Origin: Aliikangiella sp.
GTDB lineage: Bacteria; Pseudomonadota; Gammaproteobacteria; Enterobacterales; Kangiellaceae
Reading direction: 5' to 3'
NCBI GenBank assembly: GCA_965214955.1
Contig: CBDCCU010000014.1
Coordinates: forward strand, 16,631 to 80,630
DNA: 64,000 bases
This document shows, piece after piece, positions 11,377-18,164 of this stretch. Under the pieces are notes generated by a model. The model had not been told where the DNA came from and did not search any database. It worked only from the letters and a program-made list of their open reading frames with translations. The stretch's first letter is position 1. Every line of letters begins with the position of its first letter. The translations under genes were made by a program, and so were the position numbers.

Positions 11377-11434
11377 GGGGATTCAAAATCCCCCGCCTTC
11401 GGGTGTGAGAGTTCGAGTCTCTCCCCGGGCACCA
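11377..11434 (+). tRNA. 3' half of tRNA-Leu(CAA), truncated; att-site copy, not a functional tRNA
   Basis: GGGGA-TTCAAAA-TCCCC anticodon arm, CGCC-TTCG-GGTG variable arm, GAGAG-TTCGAGT-CTCTC T-arm, CCCGGGC-A-CCA end. No 5' acceptor strand or D-arm at the right distance. Confidence 0.88.
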
Positions 11435-11471
11435 TAACTTCATGAAAAATAAGAAGAAAATAAAAGTTGCG

Positions 11472-11495
11472 GCCGACCTTAATGTCGGTTTTTTT
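11472..11495 (+). terminator. Intrinsic terminator downstream of the tRNA fragment
   Basis: GCCGAC-CTTAAT-GTCGGT followed by a T-run. Confidence 0.75.
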
Positions 11496-11853
11496 GTGCC
11501 TGAAATTCATAGTCATGAAACTTTTTAGGCTGAATTATGTACAAATCCTTCCTTTTTCATAAGTAATAAACTTCTTCGAAAAACAGCTCCCCGGTCTATA
11601 CCCGGTCCTTTCGTCTGTGTGTATTCTGTGCGCATATGAATCCAAATTTATCCTATGAAATCCAACGTCTAAACCAAGTTGATACTATCTACCTCATCAA
11701 TTGAATATAACCAGAACCTGAGTATATTCTGGGACTCCGGTACATGTCGGTGACGTGTAGGTAATTATACTGTACCAGCCTTGTCTAATGTCTATTTTAA
11801 AGAATTACTAATTTGTGGTAATTTGTGTACAAAAAATTTAACGGGAAAGGTTG

Positions 11854-12276
11854 ATGGATCATAGAGCTGAAGCATGGGAAGAAATAAAAATTTTACAAGA
11901 TATTATTCATAAGCAAGAAGACTTGAGAACAAAGACCAAAAACTGGTGTATAGCTCTTTTCGGGGGATTATCAATAGCCTTTGCTAATTCAAATGGAAAG
12001 CTAGACTTCTTAGCTTATCTACTAGCTAGCATTATTCTTGTTTGTATATTTTGGCTTCTAGAAAATCTGCAACGCTCGATTCAAATGACAACAATTTGCC
12101 ACCGAAACTCCGTCGAAGAAAGTTTGTTAAGCGAACTAGAAAGCTACAAAGGTCCCAAAATTGGCAAAACATTCTCTGCTGGTTATAAATTCTTATCCCC
12201 TTTCAACCTTAGATTAAGTGCTGTCTATCTAGGCTTAATTATAATCGCTCTTTCTCTATCGTTTTTTCAACAATGA
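11854..12276 (+). CDS. Small membrane protein with three hydrophobic segments, first gene of the radical SAM operon
   Basis: ATG after GGAAAGG; hydrophobic segments at about aa 32-47, 53-71 and 122-139; ATGA overlap with the next gene. Confidence 0.75.
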   Translation: MDHRAEAWEEIKILQDIIHKQEDLRTKTKNWCIALFGGLSIAFANSNGKLDFLAYLLASIILVCIFWLLENLQRSIQMTTICHRNSVEESLLSELESYKGPKIGKTFSAGYKFLSPFNLRLSAVYLGLIIIALSLSFFQQ

Positions 12277-13115
12277 GAAATTTACCTAGATATATTGAAT
12301 TTGAGATCGGCTCTTATTGCAACAGACTATGTAGCTGGTGCCCGAATTCTGTAAGTGATAGAGGTCGGCTAAAGAACCACGTATCAGAGAATTTGTGGAA
12401 AAAAGTTATGAAGGAGCTAGGTGAGCTAGACTATAGTGGTTGGATTGCCCTGCATAACTATAACGAGCCTCTTCTAGATCCTTATCTATATGACAGAATA
12501 GCTGATATTCAATGTTATTCCCCAAAATCTCAAGTCGCTATTTATACGAACGGAGATTACTTAGACAAATCTGAGCTAGATAAACTCTGTCAAGTCGAAG
12601 TTAACGAAATTAGAGTTACTCTGTACCCATCAAAAAAAATGGTATCTGACAGCTCTGAATACAGGCTAAATAAATTTATTGCTAAGTTACAGATAGAAAG
12701 AGAGTTTTCTAAAAAGAAACAAACTCACCGGGGAATTGAGGTGGAAACAACTATTTTTAATACGTGCCTAAAAATAATTTCTCCTAAAATCGCAAACTAT
12801 AACAACAGAGCAGGCTCAGTTTTGGATACTAATTTTTTTCGTCATTCCCCTTGTTACCTACCAAATATTTCTGCAGCGATTGATTGGATGGGTAATGTTA
12901 AGCTTTGTTGTCAAGTATATAGCACTTCAAATAATCAAAATAATATACTAGGTAATTTAAATACTTCTAGTTTCGTAGATATTTGGCTTTCAGAGAAGTT
13001 TGCTCGCATTAGAGCCAAAATTAATCGAGGCGATTTCTCCGACACTCCGATTTGCAGGAAGTGTGATCATAAACTGAATTCGGAACAAGGGAAGATAGTG
13101 GTACATAAAGCATGA
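12273..13115 (+). CDS. Radical SAM protein with twitch/SPASM auxiliary Fe-S domain
   Basis: CNRLCSWC (CX3CX2C), NEPLL, TNGDYL; C-terminal PCYLP..DWMGNVKLCCQ..LGNL..SFVDIW..ICRKC. Confidence 0.92.
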   Translation: MRNLPRYIEFEIGSYCNRLCSWCPNSVSDRGRLKNHVSENLWKKVMKELGELDYSGWIALHNYNEPLLDPYLYDRIADIQCYSPKSQVAIYTNGDYLDKSELDKLCQVEVNEIRVTLYPSKKMVSDSSEYRLNKFIAKLQIEREFSKKKQTHRGIEVETTIFNTCLKIISPKIANYNNRAGSVLDTNFFRHSPCYLPNISAAIDWMGNVKLCCQVYSTSNNQNNILGNLNTSSFVDIWLSEKFARIRAKINRGDFSDTPICRKCDHKLNSEQGKIVVHKA

Positions 13116-13636
13116 CTATGTTTGTTCTATTGATAGGAGCTCCAGGCTCTGGTAAATCTACAATATCAAAAGAGCTATCAGAAGTATTGCCTTTTAAATG
13201 CGTAGATATGGAGCCATTTGTACGAGCAGAAAAGCGCAACCCTTTTGATTACAATGAGTTACTATCGGAAACGCAAATAGAAGGTGCGCTAATTAAGCAG
13301 TTAGATGAAGTAAATCGATTACTTTTAAAAGATAAAAATGTGATTGCATTGTTTACATATCATAGGCTTTCTTATGCTATCAGATTATTTAACGTGAAGT
13401 TAGATAAGAAACCCCAAATTTTTTTACTACATGCATCTAGAAAGGATTTGCTTGAAAGAAACTCCTCACGAGATGAAGTAGAACGAGTACCACAGAATTA
13501 TGTCAATAGATGTTATGAAGACCAAAAAACGTATCTAAATAAAAGTTCTTCGGTTGTTCATGTCCTTAATACGAGTCAACTAAATCAAAGACAATGTGTA
13601 AATCAAATAATCAAAATAATAAACCCTTCAAGTTAG
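13112..13636 (+). CDS. P-loop small-molecule/nucleotide kinase (NMP/PNK/gluconate-kinase superfamily)
   Basis: N-terminal GAPGSGKST Walker A, lid-like LLERNSSRDEVERVP, 174 aa; ATGA overlap. Confidence 0.8.
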   Translation: MTMFVLLIGAPGSGKSTISKELSEVLPFKCVDMEPFVRAEKRNPFDYNELLSETQIEGALIKQLDEVNRLLLKDKNVIALFTYHRLSYAIRLFNVKLDKKPQIFLLHASRKDLLERNSSRDEVERVPQNYVNRCYEDQKTYLNKSSSVVHVLNTSQLNQRQCVNQIIKIINPSS

Positions 13637-14907
13637 CTTTATTTGCAAAAGATCGAATTGATAAATATTTTCAAGCTGTACATGGCAAGATAGAAGATCG
13701 TTCTTATGATTCAGCAAAAGTTTTTTTCCATAAAGCGAGGTTTACAGAATTTCTACTAGGTAATGATGAAAAAGTAGTTCCTATCACTTATGAACTCTGG
13801 CCTAGCTTAAGTTGTGATGCTCGATGCGCAAAGTGTACATATAGTGTGAATCGTGCAAGGAAAGAAGCAGATAAGCTTAGCAGCTTAATTTTGGCAGATA
13901 CGAATAAACTAAAGTCACAACTAAATATTTTTAAAGAAGGGGGAGTTAATTCGATAATCATAACAGGGGGAGGCGAGCCTACTCTTCATCCTAATATCTT
14001 GGATATATGCAAATATATTTCAAATCTTGGTATGAAGTGGGGAATGTTTACTCATGGACTTCACATAAATGAAGAGCTTTCAAAGTCACTTTTACAAGCA
14101 TCACCCTCCTTCATAAGAATTTCACTTAATGCAGTAGGAGGTATGGAACATAACAAAGAGTATCGTCTCGGTGATTCAGCATACGAACTCGTAAAAAGAA
14201 ACTTGATTGAACTCGGATTGATGAATTTTAACATTGAGAGTAAAGCATCAATCGCAGCGGGTTTTTCACTTGACCCAATGTCCAATCAAGAACAATTAAA
14301 AAATATAGCAAATGAAATTGCTGATATTTTTTCTAGAAGTGAGGGGAGTGTCTCACGTTTCTCGTTTAGGCCAAAAGTTGTGTATTTTTATGCGGATGGT
14401 AGGCCAAAACATGCACAAAAACACCACAAGAGCTATTTAGATCTCTATGATTCTATTTTGAGTAATATCCAGAACCCACTAAAGGAAAAATTTGGTGACC
14501 AAATAAGAATCGAAAATAAAAAATTTCTATTTGAATCAATTGACGCTGTAAATATTCCAAAAACATGCTTATCTTTAGGCTGGACAGGACAAGTAAATCA
14601 TAATGGTGACGCATATGTTTTAAGCGAACTAAATGGTTCTCCTTGGAGTGAGTCAAGGCTTGGAAGTGTATTGGACTATTCCAATATAAAAGACTTTCTA
14701 GATAGTTCAGAAAGGATGAGTGTATTTGAGAAATACATGAGCGGCGAGCGTAGGTTGCCTGTCAATTCTAAGATTTCACACGTTGAAACTCTATTGTATG
14801 AAGTAAGGAATAGTTTTGGTGTATTTGACAAAAATGAAGTAAATGAGTTTTGGAGGTATTTGCAGATTGAGAATATTGAAAAGCCTTCAAACTGGGATTT
14901 TTTATAG
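13594..14907 (+). CDS. Radical SAM protein with degenerate (Cys-poor) SPASM-like C-terminus
   Basis: ELWPSLSCDARCAKC (CX3CX2C), IIITGGGEPTLHP, MFTHG, IRISL. Start codon uncertain (43-bp overlap). Confidence 0.9.
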   Translation: MCKSNNQNNKPFKLALFAKDRIDKYFQAVHGKIEDRSYDSAKVFFHKARFTEFLLGNDEKVVPITYELWPSLSCDARCAKCTYSVNRARKEADKLSSLILADTNKLKSQLNIFKEGGVNSIIITGGGEPTLHPNILDICKYISNLGMKWGMFTHGLHINEELSKSLLQASPSFIRISLNAVGGMEHNKEYRLGDSAYELVKRNLIELGLMNFNIESKASIAAGFSLDPMSNQEQLKNIANEIADIFSRSEGSVSRFSFRPKVVYFYADGRPKHAQKHHKSYLDLYDSILSNIQNPLKEKFGDQIRIENKKFLFESIDAVNIPKTCLSLGWTGQVNHNGDAYVLSELNGSPWSESRLGSVLDYSNIKDFLDSSERMSVFEKYMSGERRLPVNSKISHVETLLYEVRNSFGVFDKNEVNEFWRYLQIENIEKPSNWDFL

Positions 14908-16013
14908 TGAGGAAAAGAGTATTCATATATGCCGCTCCTTTTGGTTATGGACCGAGTGGTAAAGCTCTAACAATGGCAAAATACCTTTCTTCTGAAAACG
15001 AAGTCACAGTAGGTGTTTTTCAGGATGAGATTGTTGAAAGATACAATTCGGAGGCGGAAGGCTTTAAAGTTTTAAAATTAAATACGAGAGTTCCTAGTGA
15101 AACGATTAAAGCTCTAGGCTTGAATGCATATGATTATTGGATTTCTGTTATGGAGCCTAGGCTTGTCATTTATCTATCTTCAATTGGTCAACACAGCCGC
15201 ACTATATTTATTGATAGTTTAGCGCCATGGAGAGAAAAGCCAATCGATTATATATCCCCAATAAGATTGTATCTAGCGCAATATTTTCCTGGGATATTTA
15301 ACGCGATAAATGAGAATGTAGCCGAGCAAGTTGTTATTACAAAGCCTATTATTAACAATCATGGTCAATGTAAAAAAAATGACAGGCAAAAGGTCGTTTT
15401 GTCGTTCGGTGGAATTCAGTCACCTTATTGTAGCTATGAGACTTTCTCGAAATACATTGTAGATACAATAGATAGTGTAGCCAACGAATGTAATAAATTG
15501 GCTCTTGATGTAGTCGTTTTCGGTCATCAAAAGCTCATTGATGAAAGATTCGATTATAACAATATTCATATTATAGGGTGTGAAAGACAAGACGTATTTT
15601 TAGACTATTTGGCGGAGGCAAAAATATGTATATCAACACCAGGCGTAGAAACCTTTTATGAAGCCACTTCTCGTTCTACACCTATTTTCTTTTTGCCTCC
15701 TACTAATAGTACTCAGTTATTCCAATTAGTAACCTTTATGGAGTATCAGCTTAATTGTTTGATTAGTGAAAACACGTTACTAGAACTAAAAAATGCTTGT
15801 GCATCCATTGATTGGAAGCTACACCCCAAAATAATTGCTAGGATATATGACGCAAAGCAAAAACTGATTGCTTCAGAAATAAGACGAAGTATTAAATCGA
15901 TCATTTGTGATGAAAATACGTTTGTAAAACAGCTTCAACTTCAAAAGAATTTCATTCAACCGGAACTTCCTTGCGGATTGGAATGTATTCAAGAGCTACT
16001 CTGCGAACGATAA
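14907..16013 (+). CDS. GT-B fold glycosyltransferase-like protein (GT28-like C-terminus; possibly related to cytosylglucuronate synthases)
   Basis: N-terminal APFGYGPSGKA loop, LSFGG, ISTPGVETFYEA..TPIFFLP..NSTQ; TAG/GTG overlap. Confidence 0.7.
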   Translation: MRKRVFIYAAPFGYGPSGKALTMAKYLSSENEVTVGVFQDEIVERYNSEAEGFKVLKLNTRVPSETIKALGLNAYDYWISVMEPRLVIYLSSIGQHSRTIFIDSLAPWREKPIDYISPIRLYLAQYFPGIFNAINENVAEQVVITKPIINNHGQCKKNDRQKVVLSFGGIQSPYCSYETFSKYIVDTIDSVANECNKLALDVVVFGHQKLIDERFDYNNIHIIGCERQDVFLDYLAEAKICISTPGVETFYEATSRSTPIFFLPPTNSTQLFQLVTFMEYQLNCLISENTLLELKNACASIDWKLHPKIIARIYDAKQKLIASEIRRSIKSIICDENTFVKQLQLQKNFIQPELPCGLECIQELLCER

Positions 16014-16108
16014 CCAATCATAAACATTAAAAACGCTCTAATCTAACTTCTGAAAATAGGAAAACCTTCATCTAGATACCTCAAATAAAATGATAAGAAC
16101 ATGGAAAC

Positions 16109-16138
16109 AATAGATTGAATATTCACCAATCTATTTTG
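16109..16138 (+). terminator. Possible terminator of the radical SAM operon
   Basis: AATAGATTG / CAATCTATT 9-bp inverted repeat plus a short T-run; AT-rich and weak. Confidence 0.4.
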
Positions 16139-16144
16139 AGGCCT

Positions 16145-16350
16145 CACAATAAATTTAGACAGGCACTTTAAGAAAATGGATTAGTTCAACTTCGCTAGTT
16201 TTTAAATTTGGTCGTTAATTTAATGATTTACGGGCGGCTAAATCGTTGTTTCTGAACGAGTGGTGAGGTTTTTGTGGTCAATTTCTTGAATTTCAAGAAT
16301 ACCAATCCTTTGGAGTTTGCCAAGTCAGTATTTTTTTGATTAGTTTTGAT
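16145..16350. repeat. About 200-bp diverged direct repeat, copy 1 (copy 2 at about 16677-16885)
   Basis: Both copies start with AGACAGGCACTTT and share GGTCAA-TTCTTGAA-N-TTCAAGAA-TACCAA...CCAAGTCAGTATTTTT. Confidence 0.85.
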
Positions 16351-16366
16351 TGTGTGATTATTTAAG

Positions 16367-16459
16367 GACAGTTTCTAGACAGTCACTATACCCACGACAG
16401 TTTCTAGACAGTCACTATACCCACAATCACCCACACAAACAAAAATAGACAGTCATCGA
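16367..16459. repeat. 29-bp tandem duplication plus left inverted end of the Y1 element
   Basis: GACAGTTTCTAGACAGTCACTATACCCAC twice (16367-16395, 16396-16424). 16401-16454 is an imperfect inverted copy of 17960-18010. Confidence 0.88.
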
Positions 16460-16500
16460 AATTACAATATTCATTCAGAGCAAAAGTAACCCAAAAGAGA

Positions 16501-16659
16501 TTATTTTCCCTTAAAGCTAGGTTCACGTTTTTCAATAAATGCCGCTACGCCTTCTCGATAATCATGACTTCTACCTAAATGCTGCATGGCTAAACGTTCT
16601 TTTTCGAGCTGATCATTTAAACTAAAATCAAACGCGTTATGCACTAACAATTTGAATAA
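16501..16659 (-). pseudogene. 3' fragment (about 50 codons) of an enoyl-CoA hydratase/isomerase (PaaG-like crotonase)
   Basis: Manual translation: LLVHNAFDFSLNDQLEKERLAMQHLGRSHDYREGVAAFIEKREPSFKGK*. This is the crotonase C-terminal signature; no start or N-terminus. Confidence 0.85.
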
Positions 16660-16676
16660 AAATAGACAGTCATCGA

Positions 16677-16885
16677 TCTCAATAAAACGAGACAGGCACT
16701 TTTAAAAAAATAATTTTCAATTGAGCTAGGTTTTTACGCTTGGTCATTAATTTAATTATTTGTGAGGGTTAAACTATTGTTTTTGGGTGAGTAGCGAGGC
16801 ATTTTGGGTCAACTTCTTGAACTTCAAGAATACCAATTCCTTGGAGTTCACCAAGTCAGTATTTTTAAGATTTAGTTTGTTTTTT
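16677..16885. repeat. About 200-bp diverged direct repeat, copy 2, immediately 3' of the Y1 transposase gene
   Basis: Aligns by eye with 16145-16350; palindrome TTCTTGAA-C-TTCAAGAA at 16814-16830. Confidence 0.85.
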
Positions 16886-16895
16886 TATTGGTTAG

Positions 16896-17867
16896 TTAAG
16901 GACTAGCATACAACAACTTAGCTGACTTACCCCCTTTAACCCACCGCTGTTTAAGTTTGCTCGCCAAAGCCTGCATGGCTTCAATAGAGCCAACGGCTCG
17001 ATAATAGTTTTGCCGATAAGCTTTCACCTGACTCAGCCATTCATCTTGATTAAGATTAAGCCTTTGGAATATTGGGGTAAGATTGGTTGGAATACTGGCT
17101 TTGTTATCATGAACAATGGTTTTCCCCGTCCATTCCACTAATTCAATATAATCTTTTAGCTTAATGGATAATACCTTTTCTTTAATGCCCCCACTAATCG
17201 ATTCTACTGCTTGGTTTAATTGCGCTTGTGATAAGGACTTAATTCGAGTTTGAATGCTGGTATGCTCAGAATGTTCAAGCTTTTGATTAAGTCCTGCTCT
17301 AATCGGGTTTAAATCCACATAAGCCATACAAGTTAAAGCGGCTGATTCATCCAATAAAGCTTGAGAATGAAACCTAGACTCCCAAAAGTGGCCTTTCACC
17401 CCATCTTCCAAGTTACTGCGTTTAGCTAATGGCTCATTAATACAACTCATTAATCGAGAAATAGAGCCTAGCTTTTGTCTGCAAGCTTCCAGCTTGTCTT
17501 TATCACTTAAAATGGATAACCGTTTGGCTTGGGTTAAAGACTCAGCATTAGGTCGGTTTTTTCTAATCGGATATAACCTCAGCCAACGCTCAACCACTTG
17601 ACTATCAGACCATTGCCATGGAGCTTTGGGATTAAAATAAACCACTAGATGATAATGATTATGCATCACCGCATAGCTATAGACTTCAATGGCAAATAAC
17701 TCAGCTAAAAACAATATTCGTTTTTCAATCCATGCTCTTCTGTGCTCATAGGAAACTCCCGTTTCTTCATCCACGCCACACAAAAAAGCCCGTCTGACAC
17801 AACGAGACGATAAATGATAAAAGCCCGGGGTTTCGTTATCAATTAATTCAGAGCGTCTAATTGCCAT
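16896..17867 (-). CDS. Y1 HUH transposase (REP-associated / IS200-IS605 TnpA-like, long form)
   Basis: YHLSSRCVRRAFLCG, YAVMHNHYHLVV (HUH), FWESRF, YVDLNPIRAG (catalytic Tyr), DYIELVEWTG. Confidence 0.9.
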   Translation of the reverse strand: MAIRRSELIDNETPGFYHLSSRCVRRAFLCGVDEETGVSYEHRRAWIEKRILFLAELFAIEVYSYAVMHNHYHLVVYFNPKAPWQWSDSQVVERWLRLYPIRKNRPNAESLTQAKRLSILSDKDKLEACRQKLGSISRLMSCINEPLAKRSNLEDGVKGHFWESRFHSQALLDESAALTCMAYVDLNPIRAGLNQKLEHSEHTSIQTRIKSLSQAQLNQAVESISGGIKEKVLSIKLKDYIELVEWTGKTIVHDNKASIPTNLTPIFQRLNLNQDEWLSQVKAYRQNYYRAVGSIEAMQALASKLKQRWVKGGKSAKLLYASP

Positions 17868-18164
17868 GGTGGTTTGTCCTTAAACCGAGTAGTAGAGAGA
17901 TTAATCATGCTAGAACGCGCAAACAAACACAATCAGCTTATTCAGTAATTGTTGTGGGAGATTGTCTATTGTTGGTGTGGGTGATTGTGGGTATGGTGAG
18001 TGTCTGGAGATTTTAGTGCTAATTAAACCAAAGAGCGCATAGACAACTATCAAGAATAAAAAACTATTGTTGAGATTAATGTGAATTGAGTGGTATTGTT
18101 TCTTAACTTGGATGTTCCTATCATTCCCATAATTAAGAGTACATTAATGGAGAACTCTTTATAA

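Larger units (their letters stand above)
16401..18010 (-). mobile_element. Y1 transposase element bounded by about 50-bp imperfect inverted repeats
   Basis: 16401-16454 versus the reverse complement of 17960-18010; shared core ATACCCACAATCACCCACAC. Confidence 0.7.

Noticed and set aside
11355-11434. Complete tRNA-Leu gene
   Set aside because: GCCAGGA at 11355 is a poor partner for CCCGGGC, lies only 15 nt from the anticodon stem, and no D-arm is present.
11298-11516. 72-aa minus-strand ORF
   Set aside because: It is the antisense reading of the tRNA fragment and terminator (PGERLELS is the typical tRNA shadow).
12273-14907. Viperin, MoaA, PqqE or RiPP-maturase assignment for the radical SAM genes
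   Set aside because: No viperin-type motif and no moa/pqq context. No precursor peptide was recognised.
16367-16459. CRISPR array
   Set aside because: The two 29-bp units are directly adjacent with no spacers, and no cas genes are in the window.
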